From assembly GCA_044445675.1 (NCBI GenBank), contig JBIOED010000002.1:64-64063 (forward strand): 64,000 bases of DNA, in the 5' to 3' direction. The position numbers and the translations under genes were made by a program. Under the pieces are notes generated by a model. That model was not told the origin of the DNA and did not search any database. It saw nothing but the letters and a program-made list of their open reading frames with translations. The stretch is from Caulobacterales bacterium. Its GTDB lineage: Bacteria > Pseudomonadota > Alphaproteobacteria > Caulobacterales > Caulobacteraceae. Shown here one piece after another: positions 20,395 to 30,432 of this stretch (the stretch's first letter is position 1; every line of letters begins with the position of its first letter).

Positions 20395-21728
20395 TGCGGC
20401 GCACTGTCGAGGATGCCGGCCAGGCGGTCGAAGCCGGCCTCCAGGCTGGTGACTTCGTCCTTGTCCTGCGCCAGGAAAGCCTCCAGCGCCGGGTTGAGCA
20501 CGATGGCCCGATCGACCACCGGATCGGCGCCGGAGCGGTAGGCGCCGATGCGGATCAGCTCCTCCATGTTGGCGTAGGCCGACAGCGACTGGCGCGCCGA
20601 CTTCACGATCTCCCGCTCCTGCGGCCCATGACAGCCCGGCATGGTCCGGCTGATCGACTTCAGCACGTTGATCGCCGGAAATCTTCCGCGCTCGGCGATG
20701 GCGCGTTCCATGACGATGTGGCCGTCGAGGATGCCACGCACCGCGTCGGCGATCGGCTCGTTGTGGTCGTCGCCGTCCACCAGCACGGTGAAGATGCCGG
20801 TGATCGGACCCGCCCGGGTGCCGTCCGGCCGGATCGGCCCGGGGCCGGCGCGCTCCAGCAGCTTCGGCAGCTCCGTGAAGACGGTGGGGGTATAGCCTTT
20901 GGTGGTCGGCGGTTCGCCGGCCGCCAGGCCGATCTCCCGCTGGGCCATGGCGAAGCGGGTGACGCTGTCCATCAGGCACAGGACTTCCATGTCCTGGTCG
21001 CGCAGGTATTCGGCGATGGCCATGGTCATGTAGGCGGCCTGGCGGCGCTTCAGGGCCGGCTCGTCGGAGGTGGCGACCACCACGACGGCCCGCTTCAACC
21101 CGTCTTCGCCGAGCGTCTCCTCGATGAACTCGCGGACCTCGCGGCCTCGCTCGCCGATCAGCCCCACGACGACGGCGTCGCAGTCGGCGTTCTTGGCCAG
21201 CATGGAGAGCAGCACCGACTTGCCGACGCCGGAGCCGGCGAACACGCCCAGGCGCTGGCCGCGGCAGCAGGTGGCGAAGACGTTCATGGCTCGCACGCCC
21301 AAGTCCAGCCGCTCCCCGACCCGGGACCGGGCGTGGGCCGAGGGCGGAGCGGCGCGCAGCGGATAGGCCGCCGCGCCCTGGGTCAGCGGCCCCTTGCCGT
21401 CCACCGGGTTTCCGAAGGCGTCGATCACCCGTCCGAGCCAGCCGGTGGTCGGGCGCACGGCCGAACCCAGCGGCTCGATGCGGATCTCCGCCCCCGGCGC
21501 CACGCCCTCGACGGGGCCAAAGGGCATCAGCAACGCGCGGGTGTCACGAAAGCCCACAACCTCGGCCGACAGCGGCTTTTCGCCAAGGCGGATGATCTCG
21601 GCCCGCGCGCCGACCGCCAGCCGGGTCAGCCCGCCGCGCGCCTCGATCAGCAGGCCGTTCACCGCGGCCACCCGGCCGGCGACGGTCAGGGGATCGAGCC
21701 GCTCGACCGCGGCTACCAAATTCTTCAA
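20391..21728 (-). CDS. fliI: flagellar export ATPase
   Basis: [34 protein letters not shown]; TTG start inferred. Confidence 0.96.
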   Translation of the reverse strand: MKNLVAAVERLDPLTVAGRVAAVNGLLIEARGGLTRLAVGARAEIIRLGEKPLSAEVVGFRDTRALLMPFGPVEGVAPGAEIRIEPLGSAVRPTTGWLGRVIDAFGNPVDGKGPLTQGAAAYPLRAAPPSAHARSRVGERLDLGVRAMNVFATCCRGQRLGVFAGSGVGKSVLLSMLAKNADCDAVVVGLIGERGREVREFIEETLGEDGLKRAVVVVATSDEPALKRRQAAYMTMAIAEYLRDQDMEVLCLMDSVTRFAMAQREIGLAAGEPPTTKGYTPTVFTELPKLLERAGPGPIRPDGTRAGPITGIFTVLVDGDDHNEPIADAVRGILDGHIVMERAIAERGRFPAINVLKSISRTMPGCHGPQEREIVKSARQSLSAYANMEELIRIGAYRSGADPVVDRAIVLNPALEAFLAQDKDEVTSLEAGFDRLAGILDSAPQ

Positions 21729-21771
21729 GACCAGCCCTCGAAATCCGAGCCCGCAGAATCCGGCGGACGCG

Positions 21772-21787
21772 ATTAAGGGGTGGTGAA
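21772..21787 (-). promoter_or_regulatory. probable CtrA box of fliI
   Basis: Minus strand TTCA-N7-TTAAT upstream of fliI. Confidence 0.6.
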
Positions 21788-21864
21788 GATCGGACCAATT
21801 GAACGCCTTTCGATGGTGGTCGCAAGCCGCCGCCCCCCGGACCGCAGCGCCGAGGCGCGTCACT

Positions 21865-22569
21865 CTACAGTAGGTAGGGAATCAGCCGGCCGCGGACCCG
21901 GCGCGCGTAGGCGGCGTAGGCGGGCAGGGCCTGGCGGAGATAGGCCTCCTCGATGACGATCCGCGCCAGCGTCAGGATGAGGAAGCCCGACGCGCCGATA
22001 AGCGCCGCGTAGCTTCCCAACCAGAGCGCCGCGCCGGCGTAGACCAGCAGCATGCCCGCATAGAACGGGTGCCGCACGACCGCGTAGAGGCCGGTGTCGA
22101 TTACCTGCTGCCCGTCGAGCGTCTGGTCGTGGATCGTCGGGGCGGCGAACCGGTTCTGCGCGATGGCTGCATAGGCGACGACCACGCCCGCGATCGTCGC
22201 GGCGGCGCCGGCGGCCGAGATCGCGGCGCTCGGCGGCGGCAGCAGTCGCAGCCGGAAGAGGTCGATCGGGATGAAGGCGAACCAGGCCATCATGTAGAAG
22301 GCGTAGAACACCGATCCCACCGCGTCGATCAGGGGTTGCCGCTTCGCCTTCGCCGCGACAATTCCTTGCTGGCGCACCTTGAAGCTGGCCGGCGCCCCCA
22401 CCGCGAGCGCCACTGAGCTCGCGAGCGACGAGAGGCCGAAGACGGTCAGGAACCCCCAGGCCCGCGGCCAGACCCATGCCCCGGCGACGATCCCGGCCGG
22501 CGAAAGTAGCAGGATGGCTGCCACCGCGATCAAGGGCAGCGGCGCGAGAAGACCCTTGAGCACCGGCAT
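21865..22569 (-). CDS. isoprenylcysteine carboxyl methyltransferase-family membrane protein
   Basis: [37 protein letters not shown]. Confidence 0.9.
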   Translation of the reverse strand: MPVLKGLLAPLPLIAVAAILLLSPAGIVAGAWVWPRAWGFLTVFGLSSLASSVALAVGAPASFKVRQQGIVAAKAKRQPLIDAVGSVFYAFYMMAWFAFIPIDLFRLRLLPPPSAAISAAGAAATIAGVVVAYAAIAQNRFAAPTIHDQTLDGQQVIDTGLYAVVRHPFYAGMLLVYAGAALWLGSYAALIGASGFLILTLARIVIEEAYLRQALPAYAAYARRVRGRLIPYLL

Positions 22570-22585
22570 GTCCCGACCTCCGATA

Positions 22586-22610
22586 CATAATATACATCGT
22601 GTATATTATG
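22586..22610. promoter_or_regulatory. probable TetR operator
   Basis: Perfect CATAATATACA-tcg-TGTATATTATG palindrome between the divergent methyltransferase and tetR genes. Confidence 0.75.
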
Positions 22611-22631
22611 CAGGATGCATATTAGGATGCA

Positions 22632-23234
22632 ATGGCGGAGCTACCGGAAAAGCCTCGGCGGGGCGACAAGCGCGAACGCACCCGCGCGGCCCTGATTGCC
22701 GCCGCCTGGGCCGTGGTGGACGAGAAGGGGTTTGCGGCCGCCAGCCTGGAGGAGATCGCGCGCCGCGCCGGCATGACCCGCGGCGCGATTTATTCGAATT
22801 TCCCTTCGCGCGCCGACCTGCTGTTGGCAATGGCCGGCGCGCGAGGCCTCAAGATCGACCGCGACTTCAGTGGACCCGGCACGCTGAAGGACCAACTGCT
22901 CGGGTTCGCCAAGGGACTGGTCGAGGCGCTGCCCGATGCGCAAGGGACCCAGCGCTGGCATGCGGACTTGATGGTCCACATCGCGGCCGATCCCGGCCTG
23001 CGCCAGCGTCTCGCGGCGGGCTTCGCCGGCCTGTTCGACAAGATGGCCGACCAACTCCGGACGCGGCACGGGCAGACGCTCGCCATCGAACCCCACAGCT
23101 TGGCCCTGGCCGTGCAATCGCTCGCCATGGGGTTCGTCTACCAGTGCATCCTAAGCCCCGAGGCCGTGCCCGCCAGCGCGGTGATCGACGCCTTCGAAGC
23201 CTTGGCGGAGGGCGCGATCCGCAAGCCTGGCTAG
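22632..23234 (+). CDS. TetR/AcrR-family regulator
   Basis: TRAALIAAA...GFAAASLEEIARRAGMTRGAIYSNF. Confidence 0.93.
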   Translation: MAELPEKPRRGDKRERTRAALIAAAWAVVDEKGFAAASLEEIARRAGMTRGAIYSNFPSRADLLLAMAGARGLKIDRDFSGPGTLKDQLLGFAKGLVEALPDAQGTQRWHADLMVHIAADPGLRQRLAAGFAGLFDKMADQLRTRHGQTLAIEPHSLALAVQSLAMGFVYQCILSPEAVPASAVIDAFEALAEGAIRKPG

Positions 23235-24040
23235 CGTAGCGCCCGGGCGATTTTCAAGGCGGGCTTCGGATGCTTCGCGGCCAGCTTGGCGACTTGCAGG
23301 GGACGGCGCCTCGCCATGCCGAAGACCGCCGGGCGCACGGCCCGGGCCAGCCTTGGGCGCGCCATCGCCGCGGCTTGGGCGAGCCGGCCGCGGCCGAACC
23401 ACACCGCGACGCCGGCCAGCGTCAGCAGGCCGACGCCCACCAGGATCCCGGGGTGCTTCTTGACCTGAGTGACGGGCGTCAGCCCCTGGCCCTTGGCGGC
23501 CACCGCCATCCGGCCCATCGGCTTTGCGACCGCGTGCAAGGCGGCCTCCGCCGCGGCCTTGGCCGGGCTGTCGTGGCGCCAGTCCTTGGGCAGCTTGATC
23601 AGGGTCGCGGCCACCTTGCCTTTCGCCTGCCGCAGCTCGGCCCGCGCGGCCTTGCCGATCCGCGGGCCGAACGCCACCAGGGCGCCGGCCTCGGCGCCCT
23701 CGCCGAGGTGGCCCGCCAGGGCTTTCGCGGCATGGGCCAGGGCCGCTTCGTCGCCGTCCGCCGCAACCCAGCTGTCGATGCGCCCGAACCTCGCCACGGC
23801 GGCCCGCGCCACACGGTCGCACCCGTCTGCCGTCTCGGGCGCGCCGGCCACCGGATGGGCGCGGCCGCCGGCCTTGCCGATCGTCTCGCTGGCGTCGCGC
23901 ACAGCCTTTTCGTCGCGGGCCGCCAGCACCACGGCCGCGCCGGCTTTGGCCGCCAGGCGGGCGACCTCCAGCCCCAGGCCCGAGCCTGCGCCGGTGACCA
24001 CGACGACCTGTCCCGCGAGGGGCTTGAACTTTGCGCGCAT
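23231..24040 (-). CDS. degenerate SDR-like protein with C-terminal TM segment
   Basis: VVVVTGAGSGLG and FGRID present; NNAG and YxxxK absent. Confidence 0.8.
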   Translation of the reverse strand: MRAKFKPLAGQVVVVTGAGSGLGLEVARLAAKAGAAVVLAARDEKAVRDASETIGKAGGRAHPVAGAPETADGCDRVARAAVARFGRIDSWVAADGDEAALAHAAKALAGHLGEGAEAGALVAFGPRIGKAARAELRQAKGKVAATLIKLPKDWRHDSPAKAAAEAALHAVAKPMGRMAVAAKGQGLTPVTQVKKHPGILVGVGLLTLAGVAVWFGRGRLAQAAAMARPRLARAVRPAVFGMARRRPLQVAKLAAKHPKPALKIARALR

Positions 24041-24082
24041 AGCGATTTCCTTTGACGTCCGCCACCCGGAACCTGGGGATCA

Positions 24083-24108
24083 AACGGCCGGGCGCCAAGG
24101 CCTGTTCC
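24083..24108 (-). promoter_or_regulatory. EcfG/sigmaT general-stress promoter
   Basis: GGAAC-N17-CGTT on the minus strand, about 40 nt upstream of the SDR-like gene. Confidence 0.75.
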
Positions 24109-24195
24109 GCGGCCCTTCCGGTTCGACGCCGATGTCCAATCACAAAAGATTCAACAGCCGCGCGACGTCCCGCCGGCGTTGCGGCCCTTGAAGCG

Positions 24196-24296
24196 GATTC
24201 CGCATCGGATTAACGATTCGGTTCTGGCGGACACTCCCGATTAACCAGTCTTAAATTAACTCGGCGGCAGGTTAACGGCGAGGTCCGGGCGGATTC
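24196..24296 (+). promoter_or_regulatory. ctrA promoter region with CtrA half-sites and CcrM sites
   Basis: TTAA(C) at 24210, 24241, 24251, 24256, 24272; GANTC at 24196, 24215, 24292. Confidence 0.8.
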
Positions 24297-24340
24297 ACCA
24301 GAAATCCGCCGGGCGTACGGGGACGAAGTAGGAGAGGCAG

Positions 24341-25042
24341 ATGCGGGTACTGTTGATCGAGGACGACAGCGCCACGGCTCAAAGCATTGAATTGATGCTG
24401 AAATCCGAGGGGTTCAACGTCTATACGACCGACCTGGGCGAGGAAGGCGTCGATCTGGGCAAGATCTACGACTACGACCTCATCCTGCTCGACCTCAACC
24501 TGCCCGACATGAGCGGCATGGACGTGCTGCGCACCCTGCGGGTCGGTAAGATCAACACCCCGATCATGATCCTGTCGGGCTCGGCCGAGATCGACACCAA
24601 GGTGAAGACCTTCTCCGGCGGCGCCGACGACTACATGACCAAGCCGTTCCACAAGGACGAGCTGGTGGCGCGCATCCACGCCGTGGTCCGCCGCTCGAAG
24701 GGCCACGCCCAATCGGTGATCAAGACCGGCGACATCCTCGTCAACCTTGACGCCAAGACGGTCGAGGTGAACGGCCTGCGCGTCCACCTGACGGGCAAAG
24801 AATACCAGATGCTGGAGCTGCTCTCGCTGCGCAAGGGCACGACGCTCACCAAGGAAATGTTCCTCAACCACCTCTACGGCGGCATGGACGAGCCGGAGCT
24901 GAAGATCATCGACGTCTTCATCTGCAAGCTGCGCAAGAAGCTGGCCGCCGCCGCCGAGGGCAAGCACCACATCGAGACCGTCTGGGGCCGCGGCTACGTG
25001 CTGCGCGACCCGCAGGAGATGGTCGCCACCGTCGCCGCCTGA
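24341..25042 (+). CDS. ctrA: cell-cycle master regulator CtrA
   Basis: [36 protein letters not shown]...[16 protein letters not shown]. Confidence 0.99.
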   Translation: MRVLLIEDDSATAQSIELMLKSEGFNVYTTDLGEEGVDLGKIYDYDLILLDLNLPDMSGMDVLRTLRVGKINTPIMILSGSAEIDTKVKTFSGGADDYMTKPFHKDELVARIHAVVRRSKGHAQSVIKTGDILVNLDAKTVEVNGLRVHLTGKEYQMLELLSLRKGTTLTKEMFLNHLYGGMDEPELKIIDVFICKLRKKLAAAAEGKHHIETVWGRGYVLRDPQEMVATVAA

Positions 25043-25067
25043 CGCCGACCGTCGCTTCGAATCAGAC

Positions 25068-25105
25068 AAGGGCGTCCCGCCGCAAGCGGGGCGCCCTTCT
25101 TCTTT
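25068..25105 (+). terminator. intrinsic terminator after ctrA
   Basis: AAGGGCGTCCCGC-cgcaa-GCGGGGCGCCCTT followed by CTTCTTT. Confidence 0.8.
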
Positions 25106-25120
25106 ACGCCTGAGCCTGGC

Positions 25121-26599
25121 CTAGAGCCGTCGCAGGAGGAAGAAATCGCCGGTCACCGCGTGGCCCGCTTCGCGCCGGATCGGAGCGGTGGCCCGGTCCA
25201 CGATCGTGAACCGGCCGGCCGCCAGCCGCTCGATGTAGCGCGGCGCGTGCCCATAGCGGCCGCTGGCCTTCAGCACGAAACCCTGGCCCTCCACGGCTTC
25301 GGTGGAGAAGGCGAACCAGCCCTTGGCCCTGAGGGCTGCAGCCGCGCCCTCAAACACCGCCTCCAGGTCGCCGAGGTAGGGAAAGGTGTCGGTGGCCGTC
25401 ATGAGGTCCCACCGTGCGGCCGGGTCGCCGAGCACGCTCAGCAGGTCGGCTGTGTCCAGGCTGTCGTAGAGGCCGAGCGCGCGCGCCTTGGCCAGCATGC
25501 CCTCTGACAGGTCGATGCCCGCCAGCCGGCGGGCGAAGGGGCGCAGCAGCGGCGCGCAGAGGCCGGTGCCGCAGCCCAGGTCGAGCACGTCGAGCGTCCC
25601 GTCGGCGGTGATCTGCGCGCCGATCAGGTCCGCAAGCCGTTCAGGGCCCTGGTAGGCGAGGCGACGCACGAGCCGGTCGTCGAAGTCCTCGGCGATGCCG
25701 TCGAAGTGCTGCGCGACGAGCTCGGCGGGCTGGCGCTTCGCCTCCAGGCGGAGCGCCGCGTCGCGCAGATGCAGGGCCTCGATATTGCCCGGCGCCGCCG
25801 CCGCCCACGCCTGCGCCAGCACAGCCGCAGCCTCGCGCCGGTCCGCGGCGTTGAGCAGCAGCAAGGCGGTCTTGAACGTCCGATCCGACTCCGAGGCCGG
25901 CGCCGCGCCGCTCACCTCGCCGCCGATCGCCGCAAGGATGAGGTCGCAGGTCTGCTTGAACTCGGCGGCGACGGCGCAGGCCGGGTCAAGAGCCAGCGAC
26001 CGTGCAAGGTTGATCGCGGCGTCCTCGAAGCGCCCGCACTTCATCAGCAGAGCGCCGAGATTCAGTCGCAGGGCCGCGCTTTCGCCCGACAGCTCCAGGG
26101 CGCGCGACAGGGCGTCCGCAGCGCCGGCGAAGTCCTCCGCCTCGGCGCGCACGAAGGCGCGGGTCTGCAGGGCCTCCGCGCAATCCGGATCCAGCGCCAG
26201 GGCGTTGCCGCAAGCCTCGTCCGCGGCCTCGGTTCGGCCCAGCCGCAGCCGGACGCCTGCCAGGCTGGTCCAGGCCGAGAGTTGCGCCGGATCGAGCGCC
26301 AATGCGCGCTCCAGCGCGGCCGCCGCCTCCGCCAGCCGGTCGAGGCCCACCAGGGCCAGCGCCAGGTTGTTCCAGGCCAGCGGTTGATCGGGAGCCACCT
26401 CGACGACGATCCGAAAGGCCTGTTCGGCCTTGCAGAAATCACCGACCGCAAAGAGCGCCAGACCCTGCCGCGTCACCCCGACCGCCGGCGTGGGTTGGGG
26501 CGGCATGATCCGGGTGTGATGCGCGGGCGCTGCGCCCTGGCGGTCGGCCGGCTCCGCGGCTGGCGATGCGGCCCCGGACTGACGTGACAGGGCGGACAT
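25121..26599 (-). CDS. TPR-repeat class I SAM methyltransferase
   Basis: Several TPRs (AWNNLALAL...), FD..AEDFD..LV..LAY, VLDLGCGTG, YLGDL, SGRYGH. Confidence 0.9.
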   Translation of the reverse strand: MSALSRQSGAASPAAEPADRQGAAPAHHTRIMPPQPTPAVGVTRQGLALFAVGDFCKAEQAFRIVVEVAPDQPLAWNNLALALVGLDRLAEAAAALERALALDPAQLSAWTSLAGVRLRLGRTEAADEACGNALALDPDCAEALQTRAFVRAEAEDFAGAADALSRALELSGESAALRLNLGALLMKCGRFEDAAINLARSLALDPACAVAAEFKQTCDLILAAIGGEVSGAAPASESDRTFKTALLLLNAADRREAAAVLAQAWAAAAPGNIEALHLRDAALRLEAKRQPAELVAQHFDGIAEDFDDRLVRRLAYQGPERLADLIGAQITADGTLDVLDLGCGTGLCAPLLRPFARRLAGIDLSEGMLAKARALGLYDSLDTADLLSVLGDPAARWDLMTATDTFPYLGDLEAVFEGAAAALRAKGWFAFSTEAVEGQGFVLKASGRYGHAPRYIERLAAGRFTIVDRATAPIRREAGHAVTGDFFLLRRL

Positions 26600-26778
26600 G
26601 GACGTCTCCGGGGCGGCCTCAACCTGCCGTCAGCTGCGCTGATCATGGTTAACGCGAGACGAACGCAACCGCGAAAATCGACCCGGCCCCACTATCTTCG
26701 CGGCCGCCCTTCGAGCGGGTTTTCGTTTTCGCGAGCTTACGGCTAGGGTTCCGCGCAAATCGCGTCGGAGACACCCCC

Positions 26779-29166
26779 TTGGGACGACTGCTTGCGCTCG
26801 CCGCGGCCCTTATCGCCGCGGCCGTCATCGCCTGGGCGGGCGAACAGAATCCGCGTCCGGCGCCGGCCACTGCTCCGGCCAACGCGTTTTCCGCCGAGCG
26901 CGCCATGGCCGACGTGCGCGCCATCGGCTCGGTCCCACATCCGATAGGGTCCGACGCCAACCACGCCGTCCGCGACGACTTGATGGCGCGCATGGCCGCG
27001 CTGGGCCTCGGCCCCCGGGTCCATCCAGGCGTCGGCTTCTATCAGCGCAAGGTCGGCGGCGACCTGTTCATCACCGGCGGCGACGTCGAGAACCTGGTCG
27101 GCGTGCTGCCCGGACGCGACCGCACCGCGCCAGCCCTGGCGCTGATGGCGCACTACGACAGCGTGCCCGGCTCGCCCGGCGCGGCCGACGACGCAGCCGG
27201 GGTCGCCACCGCGCTGGAGACCGTGCGTGCGCTGCAGGCCCGCGGCGTCCCGGCCCGCGACGTGATCGTGTTGCTGACCGACGGCGAGGAAGCCGGCCTC
27301 CTGGGCGCCAACGCCTTCTACGCGCGCGATCCCCTGGCGGGGCACGTGGGCTTCATCGTCAACATGGAAGCGCGCGGCGCGGCGGGCCGGGCGCAGATGT
27401 TCCAGGCGGGCGAGCGCAATGGCGGCGCCATCGAGCTCTTGCGCCGCGCCGCGCCCGATCCGCACGCCTCCTCGCTGACCGGCTTCATCTACGCCCACAT
27501 GCCCAACGACACCGACTTCACGGTGTCCCGCAAGCGCGGCGTCGCCGGGCTGAACTTCGCCTTCCTCGGCCATCAGTTCGAGTACCACTCGCCCACCTCG
27601 ACGCCGGCCACCACGGACCCCGGCACGATACAGGACATGGGCCAGCAGGTGCTGGCCACGGCCGGGCCGATCGCCTTTTCGCCCACCCTGCCGGCCAGAA
27701 GCCCGGACCTGGTCTACAGCCAGGCGCTGGCCGGCGTGGTCCTGGCCTATCCCGCGTGGGTCGGGTGGGCGATCCTGGTCGTCGCCGCTGGCCTGATCGC
27801 CTTCGCCGTCGGCCGCGCCCGGCGCGTCGAGGCCTTCGCCTGGACGGACGTCGCGCGCGGCGCCGGCGCGGGGCTGTTCGCGGTCCTTGGGGGCTGCGCG
27901 GTGCTGCACTTCGCGCGACTGGCCACCGGGGCGGCCTTCGGCTTCCTGGAACAGCGCTTCTTGCTGGCGCAGGCCGATCGATGGGAAGTCGCCCTGTTCC
28001 TACTGGGCCTCGGATTCCTGATCTTCGCCGCCGCCGAGCTGGCCCGCGGGCGGCGCTTCATCGCGCTTGTCCCCATGGCCGCCGGGCTCGGCAGCTGCGC
28101 CTTCGCGGGGTTCGACAAGCTGGGCCTGGGTCTGGGCGTCGTCGCCGCGATCCTGGCGGTGGTCTCCTATGGCCGGCCGGTGAGCCGCGCCGGCGCCTGG
28201 ACCGGCGTCCTCGTCCTCGGCCTTGCGGTCGCCGTCGCCGCCCAGATCCTGGCCCCCGTCGCCGCCTATGTGGTGGCCTGGCCCCTGGCGCTCGCCGCCC
28301 TGGCGGCGGCGGTCAGCGCGCTCAACGCCCGGCCCGGCATCGCCCCGCTCGCCGCCGTCGCCGTGATGGCGGCGATCGGCTTGGGCTGGGTGGGCGGCCT
28401 GGCGCACACCTCCTACTTGTCCCTCGACCTGACCGAGCTCCTCGGCCTGCCGCTGCTGCTGGCCGCCCTGCTGCTCTGGCCGCTGGCCCAGCCCGACGAG
28501 GGCGCGCCGCCGGCCCGGCTGGTGGGGCCCGTCCTGCTGGTCGCGGGCCTCGCCGTGCTGCTCGCCGTGCGCTTCGGCCATCCCTACGACGCCCGCCATC
28601 CGCAGGTGACCTACGTCGGCTACCACATCGACCAGGACACCGGCCGCGCCTGGCGGTTCAGCAACGCGCCGGACCGCACCGCCTGGACCGATCGGGTGCT
28701 GAGCGCCGACGGCGGCAAGATCACGAAGCTTTCCCACTGGTCGTTCCGCAAGCCGGTGGACGCCGCCCCCGCGCCATTCATCAAGGAGCCGGCGCCGCAG
28801 ATCAGCCTCACCAAACAGCCCGACGGCGCCCTGCTGCTGCACGCGGTCCCGCCGCCCGGCGCACGGGTTATGCTGCTGACGCTCCAGTCGAACACGGCGC
28901 TATCCATCGCCGAGCTTGCCGGCGTCAGCGCGCCCATCGCCCTGAAGCCCGGCGGCAAGACCGTCCTGCAGTGGGCCGCGGCGCCGCAGGGGCTCGACGT
29001 CGTCCTGCGCCCCGGCGGGCCGGGAAAGCTCGAGGTCGGCTACGTGGCGACGCTGGAGCGCTGGCCGGCTGAGGCCAGGCCCCTGCCAAACCGGCCCGCC
29101 GATCTCATGGGCTTCGCCGATTCCGACTCCACCTCGCTCACGGGAACCCGCGGCTTCGCTTGGTGA
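26779..29166 (+). CDS. M28-family membrane metallopeptidase
   Basis: AHYDSV, GAADD, DGEEAGLLGA, NMEARG, NDTDF, YHSP followed by many TM helices. Confidence 0.92.
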   Translation: MGRLLALAAALIAAAVIAWAGEQNPRPAPATAPANAFSAERAMADVRAIGSVPHPIGSDANHAVRDDLMARMAALGLGPRVHPGVGFYQRKVGGDLFITGGDVENLVGVLPGRDRTAPALALMAHYDSVPGSPGAADDAAGVATALETVRALQARGVPARDVIVLLTDGEEAGLLGANAFYARDPLAGHVGFIVNMEARGAAGRAQMFQAGERNGGAIELLRRAAPDPHASSLTGFIYAHMPNDTDFTVSRKRGVAGLNFAFLGHQFEYHSPTSTPATTDPGTIQDMGQQVLATAGPIAFSPTLPARSPDLVYSQALAGVVLAYPAWVGWAILVVAAGLIAFAVGRARRVEAFAWTDVARGAGAGLFAVLGGCAVLHFARLATGAAFGFLEQRFLLAQADRWEVALFLLGLGFLIFAAAELARGRRFIALVPMAAGLGSCAFAGFDKLGLGLGVVAAILAVVSYGRPVSRAGAWTGVLVLGLAVAVAAQILAPVAAYVVAWPLALAALAAAVSALNARPGIAPLAAVAVMAAIGLGWVGGLAHTSYLSLDLTELLGLPLLLAALLLWPLAQPDEGAPPARLVGPVLLVAGLAVLLAVRFGHPYDARHPQVTYVGYHIDQDTGRAWRFSNAPDRTAWTDRVLSADGGKITKLSHWSFRKPVDAAPAPFIKEPAPQISLTKQPDGALLLHAVPPPGARVMLLTLQSNTALSIAELAGVSAPIALKPGGKTVLQWAAAPQGLDVVLRPGGPGKLEVGYVATLERWPAEARPLPNRPADLMGFADSDSTSLTGTRGFAW

Positions 29167-29194
29167 TCGCCCGACAATTGGCTAAGCCGCCGCC

Positions 29195-29545
29195 ATGAGC
29201 GACGTGACCATCTACCACAACCCGGCCTGCGGGACCTCCCGCAACACCCTGGCCCTGCTCCGTGAGAACGGCGTCGAGCCCAAGGTGGTCGAATACCTCA
29301 AGACCGGCTGGACCAAGCCGCAGTTGCAGGACCTGCTGAGGCGGCTCGGCAAATCGGCGCACGAGGTCCTGCGGGTGCGCGGCACCGACGCCCACGAACT
29401 CGGCCTCACCGACCCCAGCGCCTCCGACGAGGCGCTGATCGCAGCCATGATCATCGAGCCGATCCTGGTGGAGCGGCCCATCGTGGTGACGCCGAAGGGC
29501 GCGGCCCTCTGCCGCCCCGCAGACCTCGTCCTCGGCCTGCTTTAG
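29195..29545 (+). CDS. arsC: ArsC-family (glutaredoxin-dependent) reductase
   Basis: IYHNPACGTSR, ERPIVVT, LCRP. Confidence 0.88.
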   Translation: MSDVTIYHNPACGTSRNTLALLRENGVEPKVVEYLKTGWTKPQLQDLLRRLGKSAHEVLRVRGTDAHELGLTDPSASDEALIAAMIIEPILVERPIVVTPKGAALCRPADLVLGLL

Positions 29546-29571
29546 GCGCCGCGAGCCGCAAGGAGGACCAG

Positions 29572-30384
29572 ATGGCTTCAGGCCTGACGACCCACATCGC
29601 CGGGCGCGTCCGCGCGCAGACGCAAGCCTGGCCGCAGGGCGCCGAAATGGGCGACCTCAACGACCTGCTGCGGTTGATGGGCCGCTGGCGCTCGCACGTG
29701 CTCGCCAACACCTACGTCCAGCAGCACGGCGCCCGCATCTGGAGCGGTCCCTTCGCCGGCATGGAATATCTCTCGGAGGCCACCGAGGGCGCCCTGATCC
29801 CCCGCCTGCTGGGGACCTATGAGTCCGAGCTGCATCCGCACCTGGCGGCTTTCGTCGCCGCGGGCCTCGACTGCGTGGTCGATGTGGGCTGCGCCGAGGG
29901 CTACTATGCCGTGGGCCTGGCGCGCATGGCGCCGGACGCCACCGTCTACGCCCACGACATCGACCCCAAGGCGCGGGCGGCTTGCACGGCGCTCGCCGCC
30001 AGGAACGGAGTAGCCGAGCGGGTGATCGTCGGCGGCGAGTTTGCGCCCGACGGGTTCGAAGCCTTCGCCGGCCGCCGCGCCCTGGTGCTGGTCGATGCCG
30101 AGGGCGCCGAGGTCGACATCCTGCAGCCGGCGCTGAGCCCGTCGCTCGCGGGCATGAGCATTATCGTCGAGACCCACGACCTCTACCGGGCCGGCGCCAT
30201 GGCCACGATGGTCGAACGGTTCTCGCCCAGCCACGACATCCTTCGCGTCGACCAGCAGCCGAAGACCTTCGTGATGCCAGACTGGCTGCAGGCCCTACCG
30301 CACCTCGACCAGCTGCTGGCGGTCTGGGAATGGCGCGCCCGGCCGACGCCGTGGCTGGTGATGACGCCCAAGCCCGCGCCGTAG
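29572..30384 (+). CDS. putative SAM-dependent methyltransferase
   Basis: GPFAGM, LLGTYESELH, VDVGCAEGYYA, DAEGAE. Confidence 0.75.
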   Translation: MASGLTTHIAGRVRAQTQAWPQGAEMGDLNDLLRLMGRWRSHVLANTYVQQHGARIWSGPFAGMEYLSEATEGALIPRLLGTYESELHPHLAAFVAAGLDCVVDVGCAEGYYAVGLARMAPDATVYAHDIDPKARAACTALAARNGVAERVIVGGEFAPDGFEAFAGRRALVLVDAEGAEVDILQPALSPSLAGMSIIVETHDLYRAGAMATMVERFSPSHDILRVDQQPKTFVMPDWLQALPHLDQLLAVWEWRARPTPWLVMTPKPAP

Positions 30385-30432
30385 GTCGGCCTTCTCTCGC
30401 AGGCGGCAGAGAAGGCCGCGTGGCGCGTCTGC

